DNA from: Obrimoposthia wandeli | Taxonomy: Eukaryota | Direction of reading: 5' to 3' | Assembly (NCBI GenBank): GCA_977020255.1 | Contig: CDROCS010002834.1 | Span: forward strand, 248,001-312,000 | Length of the DNA: 64,000 nucleotides | In this document: one piece after another, positions 1 to 11,447 of the stretch | How the letters are laid out: each line of letters begins with the position of its first letter | Numbering within the stretch: the first letter of the stretch is position 1 | Position numbers and translations under genes: made by a program | Notes under the pieces: generated by a model | The model's database searches: none | Seen by the model: only the letters and a program-made list of their open reading frames with translations | Told to the model about the DNA's origin: nothing

Positions 1-363
1 GTTATGCATACTGGCGACTTACTTCCTATTATTGATGAAGCCGCCACCATTAAAGACGCCCTACTTGAAGTCTCACGTAAAGGCTTAGGCATGACGGCAG
101 TAGTCAATAGTGAGCAGCAACTCACTGGCATTTTCACCGATGGTGATTTGCGTCGCTTACTGGATAAGCGTGTAGATATTCATAATACCGCGATTGGTGA
201 TGTGATGGGACGCAACCCATCAACCATTGAAGCCAATGTGCTAGCAGCAGAAGGCTTAAAGTTGATGGAAGATAACAAGATCAATGGGTTACTTATTACT
301 GAAAATGGTCAGTTAGTGGGTGCATTAAATATGCATGATTTATTGAAAGCCGGAGTAATGTAA
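1..363 (+). CDS. kdsD: Arabinose-5-phosphate isomerase KdsD, 3' part only (tandem CBS domains); gene starts before the window
   Basis: Frame is open from base 1. MHTGD..P..EVSRKGLG..GIFTDGDLRR..GALNMHDLLKAGV matches the KdsD/GutQ C-terminus; directly upstream of kdsC. Confidence 0.93.
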   Translation, partial: VMHTGDLLPIIDEAATIKDALLEVSRKGLGMTAVVNSEQQLTGIFTDGDLRRLLDKRVDIHNTAIGDVMGRNPSTIEANVLAAEGLKLMEDNKINGLLITENGQLVGALNMHDLLKAGVM

Positions 364-920
364 TGACAGATCAAGTCGATACAATTTATGGCCCGGTATG
401 CTTAACCAACTATCAAAAAGCGAAAAACATTCGTTTATTAATCTGTGATGTTGATGGTGTGTTTTCAGATGGTCGTATTTATATGGGGAATGATGGTGAA
501 GAATTAAAAACTTTTCATACCCGTGATGGCTATGGCATTAAATCCCTAATGAATGCAGGTATTGAAATTGCGATCATAACAGGTCGTCAATCTGCGATTG
601 TAGAAAATCGTATGACCGCATTGGGCATCAAACACATCTATCAAGGGCAAGATAATAAAGTTTCGGCTTATAACGATATTATTGCAAACCTCAACATTAA
701 TGCTGAACATACAGCCTACATTGGCGATGATTTAATTGATTGGCCTGTAATGGAAAAAATTGGCTTATCCGTTTGTGTGGCTGATGGCCACCCACTTCTG
801 GCTCAGCGTGCTGACTTTGTCACTCGCATTCAAGGCGGTTGTGGTGCAGTACGTGAAGTTTGCGATCTTATTCTTGAAGCTCGAGGGGAATTAGACCAGC
901 ATAAAGGGCTAAGTATATGA
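363..920 (+). CDS. kdsC: 3-deoxy-D-manno-octulosonate 8-phosphate phosphatase (HAD family)
   Basis: LLICDVDGVFSDG HAD motif I, IITGR, YIGDDLID, GAVREVCDLIL; conserved kdsD-kdsC-lptCAB order. Confidence 0.95.
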   Translation: MTDQVDTIYGPVCLTNYQKAKNIRLLICDVDGVFSDGRIYMGNDGEELKTFHTRDGYGIKSLMNAGIEIAIITGRQSAIVENRMTALGIKHIYQGQDNKVSAYNDIIANLNINAEHTAYIGDDLIDWPVMEKIGLSVCVADGHPLLAQRADFVTRIQGGCGAVREVCDLILEARGELDQHKGLSI

Positions 921-1480
921 CATTACAAAGGCTACTCTGTGCACTGCTTATTGTGATTTGTGCATGGTTTGGCTACTACTTGCTTGAAGATCGCTTTAAA
1001 GGTGATGTTCAAGTGGAACCTGATGCTGAAAAACCATTATTTACGGGTAGTATTGTTACCAATACCGCGTTTAATGAATCAGGCATGCGTAGTTACCAAA
1101 TTGATTCTGATTATTTAGAACATTTTAGTGTCAGCGGTGATACCGATTTTGATCAGCCCGTATTATGGGTATATCGTGATGGTGATAATACGGAGTGGCG
1201 AATCAGTTCAAATACCGCCACACTAGATAAAGACCAAGTCCTTCAAATGACGGGTAATGTACGTATATTTAACTTATTACCAGAATCCATCATGAAAGTT
1301 ATGCAAACAGATACTTTACGACTGGATTTAATCACCAAAGATTTTGATACCGCAGATCACGTTGTTATTACTGGCACTGGCTTCCAAAACGAAGGCACGG
1401 GAATGAACGGTAATATGGACCGAAGCGTGGCAACCTTATTGAATAATGTGAAAGGTAGATATGAAGCTTTACAAAATTAG
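917..1480 (+). CDS. lptC: LPS export periplasmic protein LptC
   Basis: Single N-terminal TM helix followed by a beta-jellyroll-like region; position between kdsC and lptA. Confidence 0.9.
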   Translation: MTLQRLLCALLIVICAWFGYYLLEDRFKGDVQVEPDAEKPLFTGSIVTNTAFNESGMRSYQIDSDYLEHFSVSGDTDFDQPVLWVYRDGDNTEWRISSNTATLDKDQVLQMTGNVRIFNLLPESIMKVMQTDTLRLDLITKDFDTADHVVITGTGFQNEGTGMNGNMDRSVATLLNNVKGRYEALQN

Positions 1481-1964
1481 CACTCTGCTGTTTCTGTGTT
1501 TAAGCACACCAAGCTGGGCATTAAGCAACGATACAGAGCAACCCATTTATATCGACTCTGATAACCAAGAATTGGATATCCAAAAAAACATTGTGACCTT
1601 TACAGGTAATGTTATTTTGCGCCAAGGCAGCATCGACATTCGTGCCGATAAAGTCGTGATTACTCGCCCAAATGGTCAGGACGGTCAAGAAACTATCGAT
1701 GCCTATGGTAAGCCCGCGACCTTCCATCAAATCATGGATGATGGTAAACCTATCGATGGTGCGTCGTTAAAAATGCGCTACGAAACAGCTATCGACTTCT
1801 TAAAAATGACAGACGAAGCCATTTTGATTCAAGAAGGCAGCGAGATTCAAGGTAAAGTCATCACCTATAAGATTGATGAACAGAAATTAGTTGCTGAAAG
1901 TGGTAAGAAAAAACGTGTCACTACCATTCTTCAACCTAAAAACCTCAATAATAACAAAAAATAA
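1461..1964 (+). CDS. lptA: LPS transport periplasmic protein LptA
   Basis: Signal peptide; ALSNDTEQPIYIDSD..VTFTGNVILRQGSIDIRADKV..RVTTILQP. Confidence 0.93.
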   Translation: MKLYKISTLLFLCLSTPSWALSNDTEQPIYIDSDNQELDIQKNIVTFTGNVILRQGSIDIRADKVVITRPNGQDGQETIDAYGKPATFHQIMDDGKPIDGASLKMRYETAIDFLKMTDEAILIQEGSEIQGKVITYKIDEQKLVAESGKKKRVTTILQPKNLNNNKK

Positions 1965-1973
1965 GCGGCGACA

Positions 1974-2699
1974 ATGGCAATACTAAAAGCAGAACACTTA
2001 GCCAAAAGTTATAACGGACGTAAAGTCGTTTCAGACGTAAGCCTTGAAGTGGAATCAGGCAAGATTGTAGGCTTACTTGGCCCAAACGGGGCAGGTAAAA
2101 CCACTTCTTTTTACATGATTGTCGGGTTAGTGGCACGTGATGAAGGTAAAATTACGATTGATGGTACCGACATCAGCCTTCAGCCTATGCACAATCGTTC
2201 TCGCATGGGTATTGGGTACCTGCCGCAAGAAGCCTCTATTTTCCGTCGTTTGTCGGTTCACGACAACCTAATGGCTGTGCTGCAAACCCGTAAAGAAATC
2301 ACTAAGCAACAACGCCAAGATAAACTTGAAGAATTATTAAATGAATTCAACATTCAGCACATTCGTAATAGTTTAGGCATGGCACTATCAGGTGGTGAAC
2401 GCCGCCGCGTAGAAATTGCACGGGCACTCGCTGCAAATCCAAAATTCATTCTACTTGATGAACCATTTGCAGGTGTCGATCCTATCTCTGTGATCGACAT
2501 CAAGAAAATCATCGAACATTTACGCGATCGTGGGCTTGGGGTACTGATTACCGACCATAACGTTCGCGAAACATTGGATGTTTGTGAACATGCATATATT
2601 GTAAGCCAAGGTCATTTGATCGCTAATGGCACACCATCAGATGTATTGAATGATGAGCATGTAAAACGTGTTTATCTAGGTGACCAGTTCCGTCTATAG
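1974..2699 (+). CDS. lptB: LPS export ABC transporter ATPase LptB
   Basis: Walker [10 protein letters not shown], signature [15 protein letters not shown], Walker [14 protein letters not shown]-terminal VYLGDQFRL. Confidence 0.97.
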   Translation: MAILKAEHLAKSYNGRKVVSDVSLEVESGKIVGLLGPNGAGKTTSFYMIVGLVARDEGKITIDGTDISLQPMHNRSRMGIGYLPQEASIFRRLSVHDNLMAVLQTRKEITKQQRQDKLEELLNEFNIQHIRNSLGMALSGGERRRVEIARALAANPKFILLDEPFAGVDPISVIDIKKIIEHLRDRGLGVLITDHNVRETLDVCEHAYIVSQGHLIANGTPSDVLNDEHVKRVYLGDQFRL

Positions 2700-2752
2700 T
2701 TAAAAATAGATGGCAGGCACAATAAATATAATAACAAGGTGTATAAACACGA

Positions 2753-4273
2753 ATGAAAACCTCGCTCCAGCTTAAGCTAGGCCAACAATTGGCAATGACG
2801 CCACAATTACAGCAAGCAATTCGTTTGTTGCAATTATCGACTTTGGATCTACAGCAAGAAATCCAAGAAGCTTTGGACGGCAATCCTTTGTTGGAGCTCG
2901 AGGAAAACCCTAACGATTCAGATTCCGACTCATCCGATAATGACAAAAATACGGAATCCGTGAGTTCAGAACAACGTGACTCAGAAGACCCTACCCATAC
3001 TGATAATGACTCATCAGACAATACTCAATCAGAACCTGAACCATTCGACACATCAGAAGTTATCGAGCAACATGAAATGCCCGAAGAACTGCCTGTCGAT
3101 ACGACTTGGGATGATGTTTATAGTTCAGGAACAGGGAGCACCGGCATTGCTGTTGATGACGAAATGCCCGTCTATCAAGGTGAAACAACGGAATCACTTC
3201 AAGATTATTTGATGTGGCAAGTTCACCTTACGCCCTTCTCAGAAACCGATTTAACCATTGCGACCGCTATCATTGATGCCGTTGACGACAGAGGTTACCT
3301 GACCTGTTCCGCTGATGACATTCTTGAAAGTATGGGCGATGACGAAGTTGAGCTAGATGAAGTTGAAGCCGTACTGAAACGGGTGCAACAATTTGACCCT
3401 TTAGGTGTTGCCTCTCGAAATTTACAAGAATGCCTACTGCTTCAGCTTGCAACGTTTCCCAAAGATACGCCATGGTTAACTGAAGCGAAAATTTTGCTCA
3501 ATCAGCATATCGATTTATTGGGTAACCGTGATTATCGTCAGCTAATGCGTGAAACTAAATTGAAAGAGCCTGAGCTCAAATTAGTGATGCAGCTGATTCA
3601 TGACTTAGATCCTCGTCCTGGCAATCGTGTTATCGCATCAGAAACTGAATATGTCATTCCTGACGTGTCTGTTATAAAAGATCATGGCAAGTGGGTGGTT
3701 ACTATCAACCCTGATAGCGTGCCTCGTATTCGAGTAAACCAACAATACGCTGCACTCAGTAAAACCACTCGTAACAGTGCCGATAGCCTATTTATCCGCA
3801 CCCATTTACAAGATGCGAAATGGTTAATTAAAAGCTTAGAAAGCCGTAATGAAACCCTATTAAAAGTGTCTCGTTGTATTGTTGAGCATCAGCAAGATTT
3901 CTTTGAGTATGGCGAAGAAGCCATGAAGCCGATGGTACTGAACGATATTGCGCTCGACGTTGAAATGCATGAATCAACGATTTCCCGTGTGACAACGCAA
4001 AAATATATGCATACGCCACGTGGCATATTCGAATTGAAATACTTCTTCTCAAGTCATGTTAGTACCGATAGTGGGGGTGAATGTTCATCAACTGCTATCC
4101 GAGCGCTTGTTAAGAAGTTAGTTGCGACAGAAAACCAAGCTAAACCTCTTAGTGACAGCAAAATTGCGACTTTATTGGCAGAACAAGGCATCATGGTAGC
4201 GAGAAGAACCATTGCTAAGTACCGTGAATCCTTGGGAATTTCGCCATCTAACCAACGAAAACGTCTGATCTAA
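2753..4273 (+). CDS. rpoN: RNA polymerase sigma-54 factor
   Basis: Q/L-rich region I ([13 protein letters not shown]), acidic region [18 protein letters not shown], RpoN box [10 protein letters not shown]. Confidence 0.98.
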   Translation: MKTSLQLKLGQQLAMTPQLQQAIRLLQLSTLDLQQEIQEALDGNPLLELEENPNDSDSDSSDNDKNTESVSSEQRDSEDPTHTDNDSSDNTQSEPEPFDTSEVIEQHEMPEELPVDTTWDDVYSSGTGSTGIAVDDEMPVYQGETTESLQDYLMWQVHLTPFSETDLTIATAIIDAVDDRGYLTCSADDILESMGDDEVELDEVEAVLKRVQQFDPLGVASRNLQECLLLQLATFPKDTPWLTEAKILLNQHIDLLGNRDYRQLMRETKLKEPELKLVMQLIHDLDPRPGNRVIASETEYVIPDVSVIKDHGKWVVTINPDSVPRIRVNQQYAALSKTTRNSADSLFIRTHLQDAKWLIKSLESRNETLLKVSRCIVEHQQDFFEYGEEAMKPMVLNDIALDVEMHESTISRVTTQKYMHTPRGIFELKYFFSSHVSTDSGGECSSTAIRALVKKLVATENQAKPLSDSKIATLLAEQGIMVARRTIAKYRESLGISPSNQRKRLI

Positions 4274-4299
4274 CCAGATATAACGAAAGGAAGATGTCT

Positions 4300-4587
4300 A
4301 TGCAAATCAATATCACTGGGCACCATGTTGAAGTTACTCAAGCTCTTCGCGAATATGTCACGACTAAATTTGATAAACTAGAGCGTTTTTTCGATAAAAT
4401 TAATCATGTTCAAGTGATTTTGACCGTAGATAAACTACATCAAATAGCTGAAGCCACCTTGCACATTAACGGTGGTGAAATCCACGCAAAAGCGGATTCT
4501 GAAAATATGTATGCCGCTATAGACTCATTGACTGATAAACTCGTCCGTCAATTAAACAAACATAAAGATAAGCTCAACAGTCACTAA
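4300..4587 (+). CDS. hpf: Ribosome hibernation promoting factor
   Basis: MQINITGHHVEVT..MYAAIDSLTDKLVRQLNKHKDK; AAGGAAG SD spacing favours the ATG at 4300 over 4294. Confidence 0.95.
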   Translation: MQINITGHHVEVTQALREYVTTKFDKLERFFDKINHVQVILTVDKLHQIAEATLHINGGEIHAKADSENMYAAIDSLTDKLVRQLNKHKDKLNSH

Positions 4588-4589
4588 TT

Positions 4590-5039
4590 ATGCATCTTAG
4601 TAACGTATTGAGCCTGGACTGCACAAAAAGTGCAGTTCACTGCTCCAGCAAAAAACGCGCCCTAGAAATTATCAGCGAGATTGCCGCTGAGCACCTTGAC
4701 CAAAATCCACAGCCTCTATTTGAATGTATTTTAAATCGTGAAAAAATGGGCAGTACAGGAATTGGTAACGGTATCGCTATCCCACACGGTCGAATTCAAA
4801 ACAGTGATCAAGCTATCGCTATTCTTATTCAGTGTCAGGATCCCATTCAATTTGATGCCATCGATAATCAACCTGTCGATCTTCTTTTTGCTTTACTCGT
4901 GCCTGATGCACAATGTAAAGAGCACTTAAAGACCCTTTCCAGCATGGCAGAAAAGCTCAGTAACAAGCAAGTTTGTAAACAATTACGAATGGCTAAAAGT
5001 GATGAAGAGCTTTATCAAATAATGACAAATGAATCATAA
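4590..5039 (+). CDS. ptsN: PTS IIA-like nitrogen regulatory protein
   Basis: REKMGSTGIGNGIAIPHGR phospho-His motif; rpoN operon context. Confidence 0.96.
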   Translation: MHLSNVLSLDCTKSAVHCSSKKRALEIISEIAAEHLDQNPQPLFECILNREKMGSTGIGNGIAIPHGRIQNSDQAIAILIQCQDPIQFDAIDNQPVDLLFALLVPDAQCKEHLKTLSSMAEKLSNKQVCKQLRMAKSDEELYQIMTNES

Positions 5040-5074
5040 TTATCTATACCCGTAATGATTAAGGTAGGTTAGCC

Positions 5075-5923
5075 ATGCAGTTAATGGTCGTAAGTGGACG
5101 CTCAGGTTCAGGAAAATCCGTAGCACTTCGAGTGTTAGAAGATCTTGGTTATTACTGTGTTGATAATCTTCCCGTAACCCTACTGCCACAATTTATCAGC
5201 ACGGTTGAAAATAGCGAACAAGATATTGCGGTAAGTATCGATGTACGTAACATGCCCTCTGAACCAGGCGCGATCCAAAAAACATTGAATTCACTCGATG
5301 ATAAATTGGATGTTAACGTCATATTCATTGATGCTGACGACAAGGAGTTAGTGAAACGTTATAGCGAAACTAGACGCTTACACCCTCTTTCAAAACACGA
5401 TATGAGCTTAGAGCAGGCGATTCAGTCTGAAAGTGCGATTGTCGCTGATATCAAAGAACACGCTGACTTAGTGATCGATACAACCAATAAATCGATTCAT
5501 GATTTAAGTGAGACGGTTCGAGCACGTGTACTGGGCCGCGAATCACGCAAGCTGATATTAGTCTTTGAATCGTTCGGCTTCAAGCACGGTTTACCTACAG
5601 ACGCTGATTACGTGTTTGATGTTCGCTTCTTGCCAAACCCGCATTGGGTACCTGAACTAAAACCCCAAACGGGTTTAGATCAAGAGGTCAAAGAATTCCT
5701 TATCGGGCATGCTGAAGTCAATAAATTGATTTACCAGATCCGTAACTTCATCGAAACGTGGCTGCCTCTGCTCGAAAAAAATAACCGTAGTTATCTTACC
5801 GTTGCGATTGGTTGTACCGGCGGGCAGCACCGCTCTGTCTATGTTGCCCAGCAACTCGCTGAGCATTTCCTTCATGATGGGCAGCAAGTACAAATCCGCC
5901 ACCGTACACTGGAAAGTAAATAA
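5075..5923 (+). CDS. rapZ: RNase adapter RapZ
   Basis: [10 protein letters not shown]-loop, [21 protein letters not shown]. Confidence 0.96.
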   Translation: MQLMVVSGRSGSGKSVALRVLEDLGYYCVDNLPVTLLPQFISTVENSEQDIAVSIDVRNMPSEPGAIQKTLNSLDDKLDVNVIFIDADDKELVKRYSETRRLHPLSKHDMSLEQAIQSESAIVADIKEHADLVIDTTNKSIHDLSETVRARVLGRESRKLILVFESFGFKHGLPTDADYVFDVRFLPNPHWVPELKPQTGLDQEVKEFLIGHAEVNKLIYQIRNFIETWLPLLEKNNRSYLTVAIGCTGGQHRSVYVAQQLAEHFLHDGQQVQIRHRTLESK

Positions 5924-6198
5924 TGCCAGCACTAAGCCGTGAACTGTTCATTAAAAACCGCTTGGGTCTACATGCAAGAGCGGCGATAAAACTGGTTGAA
6001 TTAACCCAAAGTTTCGAAGCAACCATCACCATCAGTAATGATGAAAAAAGTGCCACGGCAGACAGCGTAATGGGATTATTGATGCTTGAATCGGCGCAAG
6101 GTCAGCAAATCAACGTTAGCGCTGAAGGAAGTGATGCCGAGCAAGCGCTCAATGCTGTCACAGACCTCATCGAAGCGGGTTTTGATGAAGATAGTTAA
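5923..6198 (+). CDS. npr: PTS phosphocarrier NPr
   Basis: [14 protein letters not shown] (His) and [10 protein letters not shown] (Ser) HPr-family motifs; last gene of the rpoN operon. Confidence 0.94.
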   Translation: MPALSRELFIKNRLGLHARAAIKLVELTQSFEATITISNDEKSATADSVMGLLMLESAQGQQINVSAEGSDAEQALNAVTDLIEAGFDEDS

Positions 6199-6418
6199 TC
6201 GATGTTCTCGTGGTTAAATAAACACTAAATGTCGACAAATGAATCGATAATGGCGGTAAAAGGCGTAATTTGTAGCGACTATTAACACCTTCAGCGTTAT
6301 TGTCGTTTTAACACCAGCATTAAATATTTAATTCCTCTTAAATCTGGTGAGACAACAGCCTTCGTAATACGTTAAAATTCAAATTATTGCGCCATCAATT
6401 CATAAGGTCCCATTGCCT

Positions 6419-7777
6419 ATGGCGGATGCTTTAGAACAAGATCAAACACATCAAACACTGCAAGAAGTGAACACAGCCCTAGAGAACGGGATGTTTGTTC
6501 ATGTCCGCCGTATTCTTCAAGATATGGAACCGGAGGATATTGCTCACCTGTTAGAAGCATCTCCGCCTAAAGAACGTCAGGTACTTTGGCAACTGACTGA
6601 TCCTGAAGAACAAGGTGAGATTCTTGATGAGTTATCTGAAGATGTAAAAGACGGTATCGTCTCGCAAATGGAGCCAGAAAAACTGGCAGCCGTAACCGAG
6701 GGGATGGAAAGTGATGATGTTGCCTATGTTTTACGTAGCTTATCTGATAAGAGATATCAGGAAGTGTTGGCACAAATGGATGCCACCGACCGTCATCGAA
6801 TAGAAAAAGCCCTCGCCTACCCAGAAGAAACCGCTGGCGGGATGATGAGCACCGACTTCATCACAATTCGTGGTGATGTCACAGCTGATGTTGTTCTGCG
6901 TTATCTACGTATGAAAGGGGAACTCCCTGAAGCAACAGATGCCTTGTACGTGGTAGATGAACAAGAAAAGTTAATTGGTCATCTTTCTCTTTCGGCCTTA
7001 ATAACCACGCAACCTGATATCGAAATCCGTGACGTGATGGAAGATTCTGATGAAGCCATTCCTGTCGATATGGATGATAGCGAAATAGCGAACTTATTCG
7101 AACGTCGAAATTGGATTTCAGCCCCAGTCGTTGATGGGAATAATCATCTTGTCGGTCGTATCACTATCGATGATGTGGTCGATATTATTCGAGAAGATGC
7201 AGAGCACTCGATGATGAGTATGGCGGGGCTTGATGATGACGAAGATACCTTCGCACCAGTGCTGAAGTCGGCACGTCGTCGAAGTATCTGGCTTGGTGTT
7301 AATGTACTTGCGGCATTAGCTGCCGCTTCTGTTTCTAACATGTTTGAAGACACACTAGCACAAATGGCATCCATTGCTGTTTTGATGACAATCGTTCCCT
7401 CTATGGGCGGTGTAGCAGGTAACCAAACAGTTGCCTTAGTAATTCGTGGTTTAGCAGTTGGACACATTGGTGATTCAAACACGCGCTGGTTGCTAAGCAA
7501 AGAAGCCCGAGTCGGCTTAATTAACGGCATACTATGGGCGGCGATTATCGGCGGCGTGGTGGTATTGTGGAAAGGAAATATTGTACTCGGTGCCATTATT
7601 GCCGGTGCGATGCTCACCAACCTCGTTCTGGCGGGTGTGGCGGGTGTAACAATTCCAATATTATTGAAAAAGTACAACATTGACCCGGCACTTGCCGGAG
7701 GCATGGCATTAACCACCATCACCGATATTGTTGGTCTGTCGGTTTTCCTTGGTCTTGCAACGATCTTTTTAATCTAG
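6419..7777 (+). CDS. mgtE: Magnesium transporter MgtE
   Basis: YPEETAGGMM, CBS pair (LVGRITIDDVVD), TM domain with PSMGGVAGNQT and DPALAGGMALTTITD. Start taken at ATG 6419 (ORF track uses TTG 6413). Confidence 0.95.
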   Translation: MADALEQDQTHQTLQEVNTALENGMFVHVRRILQDMEPEDIAHLLEASPPKERQVLWQLTDPEEQGEILDELSEDVKDGIVSQMEPEKLAAVTEGMESDDVAYVLRSLSDKRYQEVLAQMDATDRHRIEKALAYPEETAGGMMSTDFITIRGDVTADVVLRYLRMKGELPEATDALYVVDEQEKLIGHLSLSALITTQPDIEIRDVMEDSDEAIPVDMDDSEIANLFERRNWISAPVVDGNNHLVGRITIDDVVDIIREDAEHSMMSMAGLDDDEDTFAPVLKSARRRSIWLGVNVLAALAAASVSNMFEDTLAQMASIAVLMTIVPSMGGVAGNQTVALVIRGLAVGHIGDSNTRWLLSKEARVGLINGILWAAIIGGVVVLWKGNIVLGAIIAGAMLTNLVLAGVAGVTIPILLKKYNIDPALAGGMALTTITDIVGLSVFLGLATIFLI

Positions 7778-7813
7778 AAAACCGTTCGCTTTATATATTT
7801 AGCTTCATATATA

Positions 7814-7862
7814 AAAAGGGACAACGTACTTATCACTTAAGATAAAAACGTTGTCCCTTTTT
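7814..7862. terminator. Bidirectional intrinsic terminator between convergent mgtE and pmbA
   Basis: 14-bp inverted repeat aaaagggacaacgt / acgttgtccctttt with A and T runs on both flanks. Confidence 0.75.
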
Positions 7863-7902
7863 AGTCAATTAACACAGGCGTAAATAATCAGTTGTTGTGG
7901 AT

Positions 7903-9246
7903 TTACTCGCCAGCAATCTTCATTGAGTCTAATAAAATAGAGCCTGTCTGGATTTGACTACGCGTTTCCGTGTCTGCACCAATTGCCACAATATTTTTCA
8001 TCATATCTTTTAGGTTGCCAGCAATGGTAATTTCGCTGACAGGGTATTGAATTTCACCATTTTCAACCCAAAAACCAGCAGCACCTCGCGAGTAATCGCC
8101 CGTTACAATGTTAACGCCTTGACCCATTAACTCTGTAACCAATAAACCGCGGTCCATCTTTTTCAGCATCTGCTCAAAGCTTTCGCCCGTCGATTTCACT
8201 AGCCAGTTATGTATGCCACCAGCGTGACCCGTTGGCTGCTGCCCTAATTTGCGCGCCGCATAACTTGTCATCAGGTATGTTTGCAGTACACCATCAGTAA
8301 TAATTTCTAAATCACGCGTCGCCAAGCCTTCACTATCAAATGGCGTACTCGCCATACCTCGAAGAATATGTGGGCGTTCGCTAATATCTAACCATTCAGG
8401 GAAGATCTGCTCACCAAGTTGATCCAATAAGAATGATGATTTTCGGTATAAATTCGACCCACTGATCCCCATAATCAGATGACCAAACAAACCCGTCGCA
8501 ATATCAGCAGCAAACATAACCGGCGCTTCACGTGTCGACAACTTCTGCGCATCAATACGACCAAGCGTACGTTCTGCAGCATGTCGCCCTACACGCTCAG
8601 GCGTCCAGAGTTCAGATGCAAGGCGTGAAGACGTATAACTGTAGTCTCGCTCCATCTGCCCATTCTTACCTTCAGCAATCACACAGCAGCTCGTACTGTG
8701 GCGGCTAGAAGCATAACTCGCTAGCATGCCATGGCTGTTGCCATAAACACGCACGCCATAATGGCTATCGTAACTTGCGCCATCGCTTTGCTTTATACGG
8801 GGGTCGAAATCTAATGCCGCTTGCTCTGCAGCAAAGGCTATCGATGCCGCAAAATCAGGCTCTGGTTCATCTGGGTGAAACAGATCTAATTCTGGAATAT
8901 TTTTTGCCATCAACTCTGCAGGAGCAGGACCTGCAAAGGGATCTTCTGAGGTGTATCGAGCGATATCAAGCGCAGCAGCAACTGTTTGGGCAATGGCTTT
9001 TTCACTCAAGTCTGATGTGGAAGCACTGCCTTTACGTTGACCACGATACACTGTGATACCTAGCGCACCGTCACTGTTAAATTCCACATTCTCAATTTCA
9101 CACATGCGAGTGGAAACACTGATACCCGTGGTTTTATTAATAGCAACTTCAGCAGCGTCGGCTTGCTGTCCTGCTACTTCTAAAGCTTTAGCAACTGCAG
9201 CTTCCAGCTCAACACGCTGATGTGCAACCTGTTCTCTTACGTCCAT
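7903..9246 (-). CDS. pmbA: Metalloprotease PmbA (TldE)
   Basis: [50 protein letters not shown]. Confidence 0.96.
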   Translation of the reverse strand: MDVREQVAHQRVELEAAVAKALEVAGQQADAAEVAINKTTGISVSTRMCEIENVEFNSDGALGITVYRGQRKGSASTSDLSEKAIAQTVAAALDIARYTSEDPFAGPAPAELMAKNIPELDLFHPDEPEPDFAASIAFAAEQAALDFDPRIKQSDGASYDSHYGVRVYGNSHGMLASYASSRHSTSCCVIAEGKNGQMERDYSYTSSRLASELWTPERVGRHAAERTLGRIDAQKLSTREAPVMFAADIATGLFGHLIMGISGSNLYRKSSFLLDQLGEQIFPEWLDISERPHILRGMASTPFDSEGLATRDLEIITDGVLQTYLMTSYAARKLGQQPTGHAGGIHNWLVKSTGESFEQMLKKMDRGLLVTELMGQGVNIVTGDYSRGAAGFWVENGEIQYPVSEITIAGNLKDMMKNIVAIGADTETRSQIQTGSILLDSMKIAGE

Positions 9247-9368
9247 AGGATCACTTATCTGGCTTTAATCGTTATATAATTATGATAGTTACAGAATAAT
9301 GTAATTTACGCCCAAAATCGTTAGTAAACTGATAAAATAGATACATTAGCATTTTTAGTGAGCCAGTT

Positions 9369-9893
9369 ATGAGCCGTAAAAACCAAAAAGCCCCTTGGGA
9401 ACCAGAAGAAGAGATCATCTGGGTAAGTAAAACCGAGATGAAACGAGACATGACCGATATCCAAAAACTGGGTGAAGAGCTTGTTGCTCTAACACCAAAT
9501 GCTTTAGCGAAAATCCCGCTTGAAGAAGAGTTAATGGATTCGATTAAAGATGCACAGCGCTTCAAAAATGAAGCTCGCCGTCGTCAGCTGCAATACATCG
9601 GTAAAGTGATGAAGCATATCGATCTTGACCCAATTCAAGCAGCACTAGATAAACTGCGTAACAAACACTCGCAGAACACTGTTGCTTTGAAGAAGCTAGA
9701 ACAAAAGCGTGATCGTTTAATCGAAAATGGCGACAGCATGCTTAATGCCATTATGGTTGATCATCCTGATGCAGACCGTCAGCACTTGCGTCAACTAATG
9801 CGTCAAGCAAATAAAGAAAAAGCAAACAATAAGCCAGCAAAAGCTCATCGTGAAATCTTTCAGTATTTGAAACAGTTATATCTAAAAGACTAA
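9369..9893 (+). CDS. yjgA: Ribosome biogenesis factor YjgA/DarP
   Basis: [41 protein letters not shown]; divergent from pmbA as in other gammaproteobacteria. Confidence 0.93.
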   Translation: MSRKNQKAPWEPEEEIIWVSKTEMKRDMTDIQKLGEELVALTPNALAKIPLEEELMDSIKDAQRFKNEARRRQLQYIGKVMKHIDLDPIQAALDKLRNKHSQNTVALKKLEQKRDRLIENGDSMLNAIMVDHPDADRQHLRQLMRQANKEKANNKPAKAHREIFQYLKQLYLKD

Positions 9894-9926
9894 TCTTGCT
9901 GCAACATGCATCAAGATTCGATGCAT

Positions 9927-9958
9927 AAAAAAGCCAGCAAAGGATGCTGGCATTTTTA
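9927..9958. terminator. Bidirectional terminator between yjgA and tldD
   Basis: aaaaaa-gccagca-aagga-tgctggc-attttt. Confidence 0.65.
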
Positions 9959-9983
9959 TATCTATTTAGTAGGTCGCAGACAG

Positions 9984-11429
9984 TTACTCTGTACCACCTA
10001 CCGTCATCGAATCAATCTTCAATGTCGGTTGACCGACACCAACAGGAATACTCTGCCCTGCTTTACCACACACGCCAACACCGCGATCGATGGATAAATC
10101 ATTACCCACCATCGATACTTGTTGCATCGCTTCAATACCACTACCAATCAGGGTTGCACCTTTAATTGGACGCGTGATTTTACCGTTTTCAATTAAGTAA
10201 GCTTCTGATGCTGAGAAAACAAATTTACCGGATGTGATGTCAACCTGACCCCCACCAAAATTAGGGGCGTAAATTCCCTTTTTCACACTCGAGATAATTT
10301 CTTCAGGGGTATGTTCACCCGGCAACATATAGGTGTTCGTCATACGTGGCATCGGTAAATGCGCGTACGATTCACGACGACCATTACCTGTAGGATCAAC
10401 CCCCATTAGACGTGCGTTCAACTTATCTTGTATGTACCCTTTCAGCTTACCGCCTTCGACTAAGACGTTATACTGCCCAGGAACACCTTCATCATCGATA
10501 TTAATCGAACCGCGGCGATCCACTAAAGTGCCATCATCAACAATGGTACAAAGTGGTGAGGTAACTTGCTGCCCCATCTGGCCAGAGAACATTGAAGACC
10601 CTTTACGGTTGAAGTCACCTTCTAAACCATGGCCGACGGCTTCGTGTAATAACACACCAGGCCAACCACTCCCTAGAACAACGGGCATTGTACCCGCAGG
10701 GGCCGCTTCAGCTTCAAGGTTCACCAATGCCTGACGAATTGCTTCATCGGCAAAGTTGAGTGCCGCCGATTTGCCACCTTCTTCATGCAGGAAATGCTCA
10801 TAGCCGTAACGACCGCCGCCACCAGCACTACCACGCTCACGTTTATCACCTTTCTCAACTAACACGCTGATAGATAAACGGACAAGCGGACGAATATCGG
10901 CAGCATAGGTACCATCAAGAGCAGCAACTAAGATTTGTTCGTAAACACCATTAATACTGACTGAGACTTCTTTAACTAGTGGCTCTTTGGTACGGATATA
11001 ACTGTCGATTTCTTCCAGTAATGCTATTTTTTGAAATTTATCAAAACTGCCTAATGGATCCATTGGCGCATAAATACCAGACGGTGAAATAGGGCTAAAG
11101 GCTTTAACACTCGCATTGCCACCCTGACGCACAATGCCACGTGCCGCTTTTGCACTTTGCGTTAACGCTAACTCGTTAATCTGATCAGAGTAAGCAAAAC
11201 CGGTTTTTTCACCCGCAACAGCACGTACACCAACACCGCGGTCGATATTAAATGAACCGTCTTTAATGATACTGTCTTCCAGTACCAGTGATTCATGCCA
11301 GCATGATTGGAAATAGATATCAGCATAATCCACATCGCGAACCGCAATCATGCTCAAGATTTTATGAAGCTCTTCACGCCCTAACCCTGACTGGGTTAGC
11401 ATGGTATTTTCTACAATTTTCAGGGACAT
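9984..11429 (-). CDS. tldD: Metalloprotease TldD
   Basis: [19 protein letters not shown] (HExxGH), [28 protein letters not shown]. Start at MSLK (11429) inferred from SD position. Confidence 0.96.
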   Translation of the reverse strand: MSLKIVENTMLTQSGLGREELHKILSMIAVRDVDYADIYFQSCWHESLVLEDSIIKDGSFNIDRGVGVRAVAGEKTGFAYSDQINELALTQSAKAARGIVRQGGNASVKAFSPISPSGIYAPMDPLGSFDKFQKIALLEEIDSYIRTKEPLVKEVSVSINGVYEQILVAALDGTYAADIRPLVRLSISVLVEKGDKRERGSAGGGGRYGYEHFLHEEGGKSAALNFADEAIRQALVNLEAEAAPAGTMPVVLGSGWPGVLLHEAVGHGLEGDFNRKGSSMFSGQMGQQVTSPLCTIVDDGTLVDRRGSINIDDEGVPGQYNVLVEGGKLKGYIQDKLNARLMGVDPTGNGRRESYAHLPMPRMTNTYMLPGEHTPEEIISSVKKGIYAPNFGGGQVDITSGKFVFSASEAYLIENGKITRPIKGATLIGSGIEAMQQVSMVGNDLSIDRGVGVCGKAGQSIPVGVGQPTLKIDSMTVGGTE

Positions 11430-11447
11430 TAATTCTGCTCTTGTCAT

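Noticed and set aside
6199-6418. Mg-sensing (M-box) riboswitch or leader peptide upstream of mgtE
   Set aside because: No M-box conserved motifs or convincing proline-rich leader ORF are visible.
9906-9926. Extra hairpin atgcatc-aagattc-gatgcat next to the yjgA/tldD terminator as a REP-like element
   Set aside because: It is a single copy in the window with no REP tetranucleotide and no associated transposase.
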